From an uncultured Alphaproteobacteria bacterium (GTDB lineage Bacteria; Pseudomonadota; Alphaproteobacteria; Rhizobiales; Xanthobacteraceae), in contig CAVVON010000021.1 in assembly GCA_963749815.1 (NCBI GenBank), forward strand, positions 293,469-357,468: a stretch of 64,000 nucleotides of DNA, in the 5' to 3' direction. Positions within the stretch are counted from its first letter, which is position 1. Each line of letters opens with the position of its first letter. Under the pieces are notes generated by a model, which was not told where the DNA came from, did no database searches, and saw only the letters and a list, made by a program, of their open reading frames with translations. Made by a program: the position numbers and the translations under genes. Positions 44,346 to 55,444 of the stretch are shown one piece after another.

Positions 44346-45631
44346 ATGAACATCCTTCTCCTCGGCTCCGGCGGCCGCGAGCATGCGCTGGCCTGGAAGA
44401 TCGCGGCGAGCCCGCTGGTCGACGCGGCTCTACTGCGCGCCCGGCAATGCCGGCATCGCGCGGGAGTGCGACGTGGTCGCGCTCGACATCGCCGACCATG
44501 CGGCGGTGATCGCATTCTGCCGCGCGCAGCAGATCGATTTCGTGGTGGTCGGGCCGGAGGCGCCGCTGTGCGCCGGCATCGTCGACGATCTCGCCGCCGC
44601 CGGCATCAAGGCGTTCGGCCCGAGCAGGGCGGCGGCGCGGCTCGAAGGCTCCAAGGGCTTCACCAAGGACCTCTGCCGCGCGAACGCCATCCCGACCGCC
44701 GCCTACGAGCGCTTCACCGCGCGCCGCGCCCGCCAAGGCCTATGTGCGCGCGCAAGGCGCGCCGATCGTCGTCAAGGCCGACGGGCTTGCCGCCGGCAAG
44801 GGCGTGGTGGTGGCGCAGACGCGTCGCCGAGGCCGAGGCCGCGATCGACATGATGTTCGGCGGCGGCTTCGGCGCGGCCGGCGCCGAGGTCGTGGTCGAG
44901 GAATTCCTCGCCGGCGAGGAGGCGTCGTTCTTCGCGCTGTGCGACGGCGAGACCGCGATCCCGCTCGCCTCGGCGCAGGACCACAAGCGCGTCTTCGACG
45001 GCGACCAGGGGCCCAACACCGGCGGCATGGGCGCCTATTCGCCGGCGCCGGTGATGACCGCCGCGATGGAGCGGCGCGCGATGGACGAGATCGTGCTGCC
45101 GACGGTGCGCGCCATGAAGGCGATGGGCGCGCCGTTCAAGGGCGTGCTCTTCGCCGGCCTGATGATCACCGCGGCCGGGCCGAAGCTGATCGAATACAAC
45201 GTGCGCTTCGGCGATCCGGAATGCCAGGTGCTGATGCTGCGGCTGATGTCGGATCTCGTGCCGGCGCTGCTCGCCTCCTGCGACGGCATGCTGAAGAATT
45301 TCGATCTGCGCTGGTCTCCGCGACGCGGCGCTCACCGTGGTGATGGCGGCCAACGGCTATCCGGGCAACTACGCGCAACGGCTCGGTCATCGAGGGGCTC
45401 GACGCGGCGGCCGAGGTCGAGGGCGTGGAGATCTTCCACGCCGGCACCAAGGCCGACGGTGCGCGCATCCTGGCCAATGGCGGCCGCGTGCTCAACGTCT
45501 CGGCGCTCGGCAAGACCGTCGCCGAGGCGCAGGCGCGCGCCTACGCGGCGGTCGACCGCATCCGCTGGCCGGACGGCTTCTGCCGCCGCGACATCGGCTG
45601 GCAGGCGGTGCAGCGCGAGCGTAAGGTCTGA
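44346..45631 (+). CDS. purD: Phosphoribosylamine-glycine ligase; at least 6 apparent frameshifts
   Basis: [25 protein letters not shown].., [11 protein letters not shown].., [17 protein letters not shown].., [20 protein letters not shown].., [12 protein letters not shown].., [14 protein letters not shown].., [15 protein letters not shown].. read in alternating frames. Confidence 0.85.
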
Positions 45632-45634
45632 GCC

Positions 45635-46543
45635 ATGCCGGACCTCGCCGATCTCTATCCGGGCTTCGCGTCGCACTGGATCGACACGGCGTCCGGCCGC
45701 ATCTTCGTGCGCACCGGCGGCGCGGGGCCGCCGCTGCTCCTGCTGCACGGCTATCCGCAGACCAACGTGATGTGGCACCGCGTCGCGCCGATGCTGGCGG
45801 AGCGGTTCAGCCTGGTCATCCCCGATCTGCCCGGCTACGGCTGGTCGGCCGCGCCGCGATCGGACGCCGAGCACACGCCCTACACCAAGCGCGCCATGGC
45901 CAACGCGATGATCGAGGTGATGGAGAGCGCTCGGCCATGTCGCGCTTCCGGCTCGCCGGCCACGACCGCGGCGGCCGCGTCGCCTATCGGCTCGCGCTCG
46001 ATCATCCCGGCCGGCTCGAACAGGCTCGCCACGCTCGACATCGTGCCGACCTGGGCGATGTGGCACGGCATGGACGCGCAGCTCGCCAACCGCACCTGGC
46101 ACTGGATGTTCCTCGCGCTGCCGGCGCCGTTCCCCGAGACCATGATCGGCAAGGACCCGATCTATTTCTTCGACACCCACGCCGCGGCCGGGACCAAGGC
46201 GAAGAGCCTCGCGGCCTTCGATCCGCGGGCGCTCGCGCACTACCATGCGTTCTTCAACGATCCCGTCCGCATCCACGCCACCTGCGAGGACTACCGCGCC
46301 GGCCGCACCGCCGATCTCGCACATGACGAGGCCGACCGCGCGGCCGGCAAGAAGATCGGCTGTCCGATGCTGGCGCTCTGGGGCGCCGGGGGCATTCCGG
46401 CCGAGACCGCCGGTCCGCTCGCGACCTGGCGGGAATGGGCGACGAATGTCCGCGGTTTCGCCATCGATTGCGGGCACTATCTGGCCGAGGAGGCGCCGGC
46501 CGAAACCGCCAAGGCGCTGCTCGAGTTCTTCGCGGCCGGCTAG
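45635..46543 (+). CDS. Alpha/beta-hydrolase, fluoroacetate/haloacetate dehalogenase-like; two compensating frameshifts (about 45935 and 46020)
   Basis: [52 protein letters not shown]... closely recalls R. palustris RPA1163. The nucleophile segment [27 protein letters not shown] is only readable in the 45772 frame. Confidence 0.75.
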   Translation: MPDLADLYPGFASHWIDTASGRIFVRTGGAGPPLLLLHGYPQTNVMWHRVAPMLAERFSLVIPDLPGYGWSAAPRSDAEHTPYTKRAMANAMIEVMESARPCRASGSPATTAAAASPIGSRSIIPAGSNRLATLDIVPTWAMWHGMDAQLANRTWHWMFLALPAPFPETMIGKDPIYFFDTHAAAGTKAKSLAAFDPRALAHYHAFFNDPVRIHATCEDYRAGRTADLAHDEADRAAGKKIGCPMLALWGAGGIPAETAGPLATWREWATNVRGFAIDCGHYLAEEAPAETAKALLEFFAAG

Positions 46544-46585
46544 CCAGGCTGCTCCGGCACTGTTCGATAGTTCGTGCGTGGGCCC

Positions 46586-47678
46586 ATGACCGTCCCGATC
46601 GACCGCCAGGCGACATTCTCCGGCACCAAGGACGTCGCGGCCGCGCTCGCGATCGATCCGGCGCGGTTGCAGCACTATCTGCAGGCGCACCTGCCGGACT
46701 TTCGAGGGCCCGCTCACCGTCCGGCAGTTCAAGGGCGGGCAGTCGAACCCGACCTATCTGATCGAGACGCCGGCGCGCCGCTACGTGCTGCGGCGCAAGC
46801 CGCCCGGCAAGCTGTTGCCGTCGGCGCACGCGGTCGACCGCGAGTTCCGCGTGATCGGCGCGCTGCACGCGCAGGGCTTCCCGGTCGCCGAGCCGGTGCT
46901 CTACTGCGCCGACGAGAGCGTCGCCGGCACGCCGTTCTATCTGATGGGCTATGTCGACGGCCGCGTGTTCTGGGAGCCGCACATGCCGGGCTCAGCGCCG
47001 GCCGAGCGCGCCGCCGTCTACGATGCGATGAACGCGACGTTGGCGCGGCTGCATTCGTTCGATCCCGCGGCGATCGGGCTTGCGCGATTTCGGCCGCGGC
47101 GAGAACTACGTGGCGCGGCAGGTCGAGCGCTGGTCGAAGCAGTACCGCGCCTCCGAGACCGAGCGCATCGACGACGATGGAGCAATTGATCGCCTGGCTG
47201 CCGTCGCATCTGCCGCCGGCCGGGCCGGTGCGGCATCGTGCACGGCGACTACCGGCTCGACAACATCATCCTCGCGCCGTCGGGACCGCAGGTGCTCGCG
47301 GTGCTCGACTGGGAGCTGTCCACGCTCGGCGATCCGCTCGCCGATTTCGCCTATCACCTGATGCAGTGGGACATGCCGCCGTCCGAGACCGGCGCCGGCG
47401 TCGGCTCGCTGGTCGAGCACGATCTCGCCGCGCTCGGCATTCCGTCGCGCTCGGCCTATGTCGAGGCCTATGTGGCGCGCACCGGGCTCGATCCGCGCGC
47501 GCATCTGCCGGTCTATCTCGCCTACAACTTCTTCCGCCTGGCGGCGATCTTTCAGGGCATCGTCGGGCGCGTGCGCGACGGCACCGCCACCAACGAGAAC
47601 GCCGCCGGCATGGCGCTGATGGTGCGCCCGCTCGCCGAGCGCGCCTGGCAATTCGCGCAGGAGGCCGGCGCGCGATGA
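46586..47678 (+). CDS. Phosphotransferase-family protein (APH/choline-kinase fold); at least 4 apparent frameshifts
   Basis: ...VRQFKGGQSNPTYLIETPARRYVLRRKPPGKLLPSAHAVDREFRV.., VHGDYRLDNIIL.., AVLDWELSTLGDPLADFAY.. in several frames. Confidence 0.7.
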
Positions 47679-47711
47679 GGTTGTTTTTTGAGAACGGCGG
47701 TGGTGCGGCTA

Positions 47712-47845
47712 TCCCTCCCCCCGCGAGCGCTTGCGAGCGGTGGGGAGGGTCGGCGCGTAGCGCCGGGGTGGGGGGCGCTGTTGTTGCACGAAGCGGCCCC
47801 CCACCCCCGACCCCTCCCCACCGCTTCGCGGGGGGAGGGGAGCGG
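47712..47845. repeat. Composite REP-like palindromic element (CCCTCCCC.../...GGGGAGGG type)
   Basis: ccctccccccgcgagcgcttgcgagcggtggggaggg, ggggtggggggcg...cggccccccacccc, and cccctccccaccgcttcgcggggggagggg. Confidence 0.65.
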
Positions 47846-47870
47846 CAGCGCCGTGCTTGAGGCCAAACGC

Positions 47871-48698
47871 ATGAGCAAGACCGTCGCGCTCGCGCTCGGC
47901 GGCGGCGGGGCGCGCGGGATCGCGCATGTCGCGGTGCTTGAAGCGCTCGACGACATGGGCGTGCGGCCCACGGCCATTGCCGGCACCTCGATCGGCGCGC
48001 TGATCGGCGCGGCCTACGCGGCCGGCATGTCGGGCCGGGACATCCGCCGCTTCGTCGTCGACGTCGCGCACAACCGCCCGGAGGTCATCCGCAGGTTATA
48101 CGTGGCGCGCGCCGGCACGTTCGCCAATCTGTTCAATATCGGCTTCGGCAGCGCGACCGTGGTCGATGCGGAAAAGTTCTGCGAGAAGTTCCTGCCCGCG
48201 CAGGTTCCCGGCGATTTCGGCGACCTGAAGATTCCGCTCACGGTCATCGCCTCCGATCTCTACCGCCGCACGCCGGTGGCGTTCTCGTCCGGCGCGCTGC
48301 GGCCCACGATCGCGGCGTCGATCGCGCTGCCGGCGGTGATGCGTCCGGTGGTGATCGAACATCGCGTGCTGGTCGACGGCGGCGCCACCAACCCGCTGCC
48401 GTTCGACCAGTTGCGCGGCAAGGCCGACGTGATCGTCGCGGTCGATATTTCGGGCGATCCGTCGGACGAGCGGCGCGACATCCCGAGCCCGTGGGAGTGC
48501 CTCGCCACCACCGTGCTGGTGATGGGCAGCGCCATCACCAGGGAAAAGCTCAAGCACGGTGCGCCCGACCTGATCGTGCGGCCGAAGGTCGGCACCTTCC
48601 GCACCCTCGATTTCCTGCAGGCGAGCGCGATCCTGCGCGCCGCCGAGCCGGTCAAGGCGGAGGTGAAGGAGCGGCTGGGGGCGTTGTTGAAGCGTTAG
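47871..48698 (+). CDS. Patatin-like phospholipase
   Basis: Intact. Oxyanion GGGGARG, nucleophile elbow GTSIG, catalytic DGG (VLVDGGATNPLP). Confidence 0.85.
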   Translation: MSKTVALALGGGGARGIAHVAVLEALDDMGVRPTAIAGTSIGALIGAAYAAGMSGRDIRRFVVDVAHNRPEVIRRLYVARAGTFANLFNIGFGSATVVDAEKFCEKFLPAQVPGDFGDLKIPLTVIASDLYRRTPVAFSSGALRPTIAASIALPAVMRPVVIEHRVLVDGGATNPLPFDQLRGKADVIVAVDISGDPSDERRDIPSPWECLATTVLVMGSAITREKLKHGAPDLIVRPKVGTFRTLDFLQASAILRAAEPVKAEVKERLGALLKR

Positions 48699-48997
48699 CG
48701 CACGTCGCAGCGCTTGCCGTCGTCGAGCGCCTGCGGGCTGAGGCTGATCCAGCTCGGCGCGGCGAAGAAGCAGACCGCGACCGACTTGTCCTTCTGCAGC
48801 GTGACCACGAACACCTCGCGGTTCTCGGTCGCCTCGCCCTTGGCGAACACCACGCTCTTGATGTCGTAGCCCCTGCCCAGAATGGTCTTGAGCGACTGCT
48901 GCTCCTGCGCAGCGGCGTCGCGCAGTCCGGCGGTCGAAACCAGCAGCACGGCGAGCACGAACAATGTCTTCACGAGTTCCTCCTCATGGCGAATCAT
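48695..48997 (-). CDS. Hypothetical small secreted protein
   Basis: Signal-like VKTLFVLAVLLVSTAGLRDAAAQ. Good GC3 pattern. No family recognised. The start may be the internal GTG. Confidence 0.4.
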   Translation of the reverse strand: MIRHEEELVKTLFVLAVLLVSTAGLRDAAAQEQQSLKTILGRGYDIKSVVFAKGEATENREVFVVTLQKDKSVAVCFFAAPSWISLSPQALDDGKRCDVR

Positions 48998-49064
48998 CTC
49001 TTTGGCCGATGAGCGATCATAGTGGAGGAAGGTATCGTGCCGTCACGGGGCCATGAAGCGCCCG

Positions 49065-49511
49065 TCAGCGCCGCGCCTGGAAGAACCCCTTGAGCAGCGC
49101 CGCCGCCTCGGTCTCGGCAATGCCGCCGTAGACGTCGGGCCGGTGGTGGCAGGTGGGCGACGTGAAAAAGCGCACGCCGCTCTCGACCGCGCCGCCCTTC
49201 GGGTCGGCCACGCCATAATAGAGCCGCCGGATGCGGGCGAACGAAATCGCCGCCGCGCACATGGTGCAGGGCTCGAGCGTGACGTAGAGGTCGCAATCGG
49301 TGAGCCGCTCGCTGCCGAGCGCCGCCGCGGCCTGGCGGATCGCGAGGATCTCGGCATGGGCGGTCGGGTCGCGGTCGGCCAGGGTCCGGTTGCCCGCCTG
49401 CGCGATCAGGTCGCCCTCGTGGATGATGACGCAGCCAATCGGCACCTCGCCGACCGAGCCGGCGGCGTGCGCCTCGTCGAGGGCGAGGTCCATGAAAGTA
49501 TGCGTCGGCAT
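49065..49511 (-). CDS. tadA: tRNA adenosine(34) deaminase
   Basis: Intact 148 aa with HAE (TAHAEILAIR) and PCTMCAAA zinc motifs. Confidence 0.9.
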   Translation of the reverse strand: MPTHTFMDLALDEAHAAGSVGEVPIGCVIIHEGDLIAQAGNRTLADRDPTAHAEILAIRQAAAALGSERLTDCDLYVTLEPCTMCAAAISFARIRRLYYGVADPKGGAVESGVRFFTSPTCHHRPDVYGGIAETEAAALLKGFFQARR

Positions 49512-49593
49512 TGCTCTTGAAGGATTGGCTCGTCGAACGCCTGCGACTTTGCTATCACGCCGTCACGCGAGCGGCGAGGCTAACGATAGGGCA

Positions 49594-50628
49594 ATGCGCG
49601 AACAAAACGATCAATCGGGGGCAGGAGAGCGCATCGCCAAGGTGATGGCGCGGGCGGGGCTGTGCTCGCGCCGCGAGGCCGAGGCCTGGATCGCCGCCGG
49701 CCGGGTCGCGGTCAACGGCGCGGTGATCGCCTCGCCGGCGCTCAACGTGACCGGCGCGGACCGGATCGCGGTCGACGGGGCGCCGATGCCGACCCGCGAG
49801 CGCACGCGGCTGTTCCTCTATCACAAGCCGGCCGGGCTGGTGACGACCCATGCCGATCCGGGCGGGCGGCCGACCATCTTCGGCAGGCTCCCGGCCGGGC
49901 TGCCGCGGCTGATCAGCGTCGGCCGGCTCGATCTCAATACCGAGGGCCTGCTGCTGCTGACCAACGACGGCGGGCTCGCCCGCACGCTCGAACTGCCCTC
50001 GACCGGCTGGCTGCGGCGCTACCGCGTGCGCGCCCTCGGCACGGTCACGCAGGCCGACCTCGACAAGCTGCGCGGCGGCATCACGATCGACGGCATCCAC
50101 TACGGCGCGATCGACGCCACGCTCGACCGCGCGCAGGGCAGCAATGTCTGGCTCACCTTTGCGATCCGCGAGGGCAAGAACCGCGAGGTGAAGAACGTGC
50201 TCGGCCACCTCGGGCTCAGGGTGAACCGGCTGATCCGCGTGTCGTTCGGCCCGTTCCAGCTCGGCGAGCTGGCCGAGGGCGCGATCGAGGAGGTGCGCAC
50301 GCGGGTGCTGCGCGAGCAGCTCGGCGAGAAGGTCGGCAAATCTGGCCGGCGCGGATTTTGCCGGGCCGATGGTTCAGCGGGCAATTGTGCCGCAAGAACC
50401 AATCCTTCGCCGTCACCCTGAGGTGCGAGCGGAGCGAGCGCTCGAAGGGCGACGGCCCGGGCCGTGCATCCTTCGACGGCCGCCCTGCGGCGGCCACCTC
50501 AGGATGACGCGGAGAAAGTTCAGCCGCCCCGGCATCGGAAGCGGCCTGTGCGCGACTCCGAGCGCATCGGCGAGCCGGAAAAGGCCCGCCGCGAGCGGCA
50601 GCGCAAATTCCGCGGCAAGAAGCGCTGA
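49594..50628 (+). CDS. rluB: Pseudouridine synthase, RsuA/RluB family; 3' tail interrupted by a REP element, an in-frame stop and frame changes
   Basis: S4 domain ERIAKVMARAGLCSRREAEAWIAAGRVAVNG. Catalytic GRLDLNTEGLLLLTNDG. The basic tail ...EPEKARRERQRKFRGKKR* ends at 50628, in the same frame as the main ORF. Confidence 0.75.
50411..50510. repeat. REP-like long palindrome (same family as 3357-3456) inside the rluB-like 3' region
   Basis: cgtcaccctgaggtg ... cacctcaggatgacg arms, with an inner ctcgaaggg / ccttcgac pair. Confidence 0.65.
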
Positions 50629-51192
50629 TGCGCATCGTCGGCGGCGCCCTGCGCTCGCGCGCGCTCGCGGCGCCGAAGTCGCAGGCGATCCGGCCGACCG
50701 CGGACCGGTTGCGCGAAGTCGCTGTTCAACGTGCTGACGCATGCCTACGGCGACCCGGTGAGCGGCGCGCGCGTGCTCGACCTGTTCGCCGGCACCGGCG
50801 CGCTCGGCCTGGAGGCGGTCTCGCGCGGCGCGGCCTTCGCGCTGTTCGTCGACAACGGCGCCGAGGCGCGCGCGCTGTTGCGCGAGAACGTCGCGGCGCT
50901 CGGCGTCGCCGGCGTCACCCGCATCTTCCGGCGCGACGCGACCAAGCTCGGCGCGGCGCACCCGGTCGAGCCGTTCTCGCTGGTCTTCCTCGATCCGCCC
51001 TACGGTCATGGCCTGGCCGAACAGGCGCTCGTCTCGGCGCGCGCAGGCGGCTGGCTCGCGCCGGAGGCGCTGATCGTGGTCGAGGAGGCGGTCGCCTCGA
51101 AATTCGCGCCGCCCGAAGGCTTCGCCGAGCTCGAGCGGCGGCCCTACGACACGACCGAACTGATCTTTCTCAGATGGTCAGCCGCCGGCTAG
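50628..51192 (+). CDS. rsmD: 16S rRNA (guanine966-N2)-methyltransferase; one apparent frameshift about 50720
   Basis: MRIVGGALRSRALAAPKSQAIRPTADRLRE, then LFNVLTHAYGDPVSGARVLDLFAGTGALGLEAVSRGA...VFLDPPY. Confidence 0.8.
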
Positions 51193-52161
51193 TCCGAGCT
51201 GACGCCGCTCGCCTTGATCGGTACGGCCCAACGCTCGAGCTCCGACGCGACGAACTTGACGAAGTACTCGGTCGTGCGCCGCTCCTTCGCCGGGATCGTC
51301 ACGCCGATCTCCTTGTACCGGGCGATCACAGTGGGCGTCTCCACCGCTTCGTTCGATGCCCTGGTCAGACGCTGCACGATCGCTCGCGGCGTTCCTTTCG
51401 GAAACGAGAACCCGCCCCAGGCGCCGCAGTCGAGGCCCTTCAGACCCTGTTCGTCCGCGGTCGGCAGATTGTCGAGGCCCGGCGCGCGATCGATCCCGAG
51501 CGTGGCGATCGCCTTCACATTACCGCTCTGGATCTGCGGCAGCGCTGTCGAAATCTGCTCGGCCATGTAGTCGATCCGGCCGGCGATCATGTCCTGCATC
51601 GCGGGCGCGGCGCCACGATAGGGCACATGCGTGATCTTGGTCTGCATCGCTTGGTCCAGCAGGATGGTGCAGACATGCCCGCCCGAGCCGCCGCCGGGCG
51701 AGCCATACTGCATCTTGTCCTGGTTCGCCTGGGCATAGGCGACGAACTCCTTCAGATTGGTGGCAGGGAGGTCCTTGCGGGCGATCAGCACGCGCGCCGA
51801 GTCGGAGAACAGCACGGCGTGATCGAAGTCGGTGATCGAATTGTAGAGCGGCTTTTTGTAGACCGTCGGAATTTGCGCCATCGTCGCGCTTCCGGATTGG
51901 AGCAGGGTGTAGCCGTCGGGCGCGGCCTTGGCTGCACGGGCTGCGCCGGTCATGCCTCCGGCCCCGCCGACATTCTCGATGATGATCTGCTGGCCGAGGA
52001 GTTCGGACATGCGCGCCGTGATGATCCGCGCGATCAGTGTCGACCGGGCCGCCGGCGGCATAGGGCACGATCAAGGTCACCGGCCGCGTCGGCCATTCCT
52101 GGGCGGTTGCCGGGCAGGCCAGCGCGCACGCCATAAGCGCTGCGGCGATTGTTCTTGTCAT
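51189..52161 (-). CDS. Bug/TctC-family substrate-binding protein, copy 10; one apparent frameshift about 52045
   Basis: MTRTIAAALMACALACPATAQEWPTRPVTLIVPYAAGGPVDT, then LIARIITARMSELLGQQIIIENVGGAGG...ELERWAVPIKASGVSSD*. Confidence 0.85.
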
Positions 52162-52192
52162 CGTTGGCTCCAGGGTTGGCATGGTCGCGGCG

Positions 52193-53170
52193 TCAGTCCG
52201 CGCTGATGCCGGCGGCCTCGACCACCTTGCGCCAGCGCTCGATCTCTTCGGGCACGTATTTGGCGAGGTAGTCCGGCGTGCGCTGCTCGGGCGGCACCAC
52301 GGTGAGGCCGAGTTCTTCCAGCCGCTTGTGGATCGCGGGATCGTCGACGGTGTCGCTCATCGCCTTGTTGAGCTTGCGCACGATCGGCTCGGGCGTGCCC
52401 TTCGGCAGGAAGAACGCGTTCCACACGCTCGCTTCCACGCCGGGCAGGCCCTGCTCGCCGGTGGTGGCAAGGTCGGGCGCGATCGGTGCGCGCCGGTCGG
52501 CCATGATCGCGATCCCCTTGACGTTGCCCTGCCGCACCTGGGCCGCGCCGGTCTGGATGGTCGCGCACATATAGTCGATGCGGCCGGCGATCAGGTCCTG
52601 CGTCGCCGGCCCTTCGCCGCGATAGGGAATGTGCGTGACATTGGCCTTGATCGCGAGGTTGAACAGCACGCACGGCAGATGCGTGCCGGAGCCGACGCCG
52701 GCCGAGCCGAACTGCGCCTTGCTCTCGTTCGCCTTCACATAGGCGATCAGCTCCTGGAGATTGTTCGCCGGCAGGTCCTTGCGCGCCATCATGATGCGCG
52801 GCGACCCGGTGCTCAGCCCGACCGGCTGGAAATCGGTGGCGGCGTTGTAGAGCGGCTTCTTGTAGAGGCTCTGGTTGTAGGCATGGGTGCCGGAATTGCC
52901 GATCAGGAAGGTGTAGCCGTCGGGCGCCGCCTTGGCGACGCGCTGGCCGCCGGCCATGCCGGCTGCGGCGCCGACATTCTCCACGATGATCGACTGGCCG
53001 AGCAGCTCGCCCATGCGTTGCGCCTGGATGCGCGCCGAGACGTCGATGCCGCCGCCGGCATTGAATGGCACCACCAGCGTGATCGGCCGCGTCGGCCAGT
53101 CCTGCGCGCTCGCGCCCGACGAGAATGCCAGCACGCCGGTCAACACCGCTGCCATCGCCGTCTTGGTCAT
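52193..53170 (-). CDS. Bug/TctC-family substrate-binding protein, copy 11 (intact)
   Basis: MTKTAMAAVLTGVLAFSSGASAQDWPTRPITLVVPFNAGGGIDV...EEIERWRKVVEAAGISAD*. Confidence 0.9.
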   Translation of the reverse strand: MTKTAMAAVLTGVLAFSSGASAQDWPTRPITLVVPFNAGGGIDVSARIQAQRMGELLGQSIIVENVGAAAGMAGGQRVAKAAPDGYTFLIGNSGTHAYNQSLYKKPLYNAATDFQPVGLSTGSPRIMMARKDLPANNLQELIAYVKANESKAQFGSAGVGSGTHLPCVLFNLAIKANVTHIPYRGEGPATQDLIAGRIDYMCATIQTGAAQVRQGNVKGIAIMADRRAPIAPDLATTGEQGLPGVEASVWNAFFLPKGTPEPIVRKLNKAMSDTVDDPAIHKRLEELGLTVVPPEQRTPDYLAKYVPEEIERWRKVVEAAGISAD

Positions 53171-53199
53171 GTCGTCTCCTGCACGTCTTCCAGTTCTCG

Positions 53200-54172
53200 T
53201 CAGTCCGCCGACACGCCGCTCATCTTGACCAGGACGGCCCATTTCTCGATCTCGCTCGGCACGAGCTTGGCGAGATAGTCCGGCGTGCGGCGCTCGGGCG
53301 GCGGGACGTTGAGGCCCAGCCCTTCCAGACGCTCGCGCATCCAGGGGGTATCGAGCACATTGCTGGTGGCCTTGGCGAGGCGACCAACCACCGCATCGGG
53401 CACGCCGCGCGGCAGGAAGAAGGCGTTCCAGGCGTCGGCGTCGAAGCCCGGCAGGCCCTGTTCCTGCGCGGTGGGCAGGCCGGGCAGGACCGGGCTCCTT
53501 TGCGGCGAGAGCAGCGCGATCGGTTTCACCGATTTGCTGCGGATCAGCGGCAGCGCGGTCGAGATCACGTCGCAGACATAGTCGATGCGGCCGCCCATCA
53601 GGTCCTGCATCGCCGGGCCGGTGCCGCGATAGGGCACGTGCGTCACCGTGATGCCGAGCGCGGCGTTGAGCAGCACGCAGGTCATGTGCGTGGCCGAGCC
53701 CGCGCCCGCCGATCCGTACTGCATGGTGTTCTGGTTCGCCTTCGCGTAGGCGATGAATTCGCCCAGCGTCTGCGCCGGAAAGTCGTTGCGCATCACCAGG
53801 ACCTTGGAGTTCTCGAGAAACACCGAAACCGGGGTGAAATCCGCGGCGGCGTTGTAGAGCGGCCGCTTGTAGATCAACTGGCTGTAGGTGTGCGTACCGG
53901 CATTGCCGTACAGGAACTGGTAGCCGTCGGGCGCGGCCTTGGCGACCCGCAGCGAGCCGGTCATGCCGCCCGCGCCGCTGACGTTCTCGATGATGATCTG
54001 CTGGCCGAGCTGCTCCGACATCGGCGGCGCCATGATCCGCGCCACCAGGTCGAGCGGCCCGCCGGCCGGGAACGGCACCACCATCGTGATGGTGCGGTTG
54101 GGCCAGTCCTGGGCCGGATGCCGATGAGGCGAACAGCGCAGCAATGACGGCGCAAACGCGGGCCCGGCGCAT
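53200..54172 (-). CDS. Bug/TctC-family substrate-binding protein, copy 12; one apparent frameshift about 54120
   Basis: Signal MRRARVCAVIAALFASSASG in one frame, then AQDWPNRTITMVVPFPAGGPLDLVAR...SEIEKWAVLVKMSGVSAD*. Confidence 0.85.
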
Positions 54173-54237
54173 CGGCAGTCTCCCGGCAGAGGCCGCCGAT
54201 CCTAGCACGGCTTGTCGGAAATGCCGCCGCTACGGGC

Positions 54238-55444
54238 TCAAAGGATGCGGAGCGAGGCCGCGAACGAGCGCGCCTTGCTGAACAGGCTCCACAGGGCGGG
54301 CGTCTGCTTGATGAAGCGCTTGGTGCGGCGGTACGCCAGCATCCGGGCCATCACCAGCCAGCCGCGCACGGTCGCGGCGGCGAGGTAGTCGCACAACCGC
54401 ATCTCGGTGTCCGACCAGTCGCGCTTGTACGGCTCGTCGCCGACGGTGAAATCGAACCGTTCGAAGCCGTTGTCGATCGCATGGCGCAGGAGCTCGTGCA
54501 GATGCGCGCGGCCGGGGCCGAAGCGCGCGATCTCGCCGTCGTGATAGCTCGACAGCACCAGGTAATAGGAGTTGCGGAACCGCAGCCCGAGATTGGCGGC
54601 CGCGGGAATTGTCCCCGACGTCGAGCCGGCTGATGTGGGTGAGCGCGCGTACGTTCAGGTCGGTCGCGATGTCCAGGAGGAACTCGCGATAGCCCGGCCG
54701 GGCGAAGATGTTGCGCACGCCCATGCGGGCGAACGAGCGCGATTTCTGGCTGAGCAGCGTCTCCAGCGTGCGGACGATGTCGTCGCGGTCCTCGACGTCG
54801 ACGAACCGCACCTCGCCATGTTCGGCAAGATGCTTGAGCTGGCGGCGCTCGCGCTTGCGGGTCGAGGCCGAACGCTTGGCGGCGTAGAACGCCTCCCAAT
54901 CGTTGCCGAGCGTCGCGATATAGGCGCCGCTCGGATGCGCCAGCACCGGCAGGTCGAGAAACGGATTGCGCTGCGCGCCGATCGTTTCCGGCATTTTCTG
55001 CAGGTCGATCAGGTCGAAGCGGAAGCGCCGGTCCGATTGCAGCAGCGCGACGATCTCGCGCCACAGCAGGGCGAACTGCCCGTCCTGCAGGCGATGCGAG
55101 AAGTCGGGCGCGAGCAGCGGCGCGTTGTAGTCGCACAGTTCCGAGCCGAGCCAGGTCAGCCGGCGGGTGAAGCGGCCGGTCTCGATCGCGAGCTGCAGGA
55201 TGAAGACGACCGCGCCATGGGCATCGCGGCCGAGCACGATCGCCGGCATCGTGCCGTTGCGCGATCCGATGTGCTGTTGCCACTTCGCCAGCCAGTCGTA
55301 GGCCTGGAACACGGTGCAGTCGGCCTGCTCTTCGAAAGCCTTCCACTCCGGCTCGACGTCGGCGAGCTGGCCGTAGACCTGCAGCGTCGAGGCCCGGCCA
55401 GCAGGCCGCGGCGCGCTGTGCGGCTCCGCCGGGCGGCGCGACAT
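54238..55444 (-). CDS. GNAT-fold acyl/acetyltransferase of the FemAB/CelD(BcsL)-like type; one apparent frameshift about 54600
   Basis: ...DVEPEWKAFEEQADCTVFQAYDWLAKWQQHIG...GSELCDYNAPLL..., and in a second frame YYLVLSSYHDGEIARFGPGRAHLHELLRHAIDNGFERFDFTVGDEPYKRDW. Confidence 0.55.
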
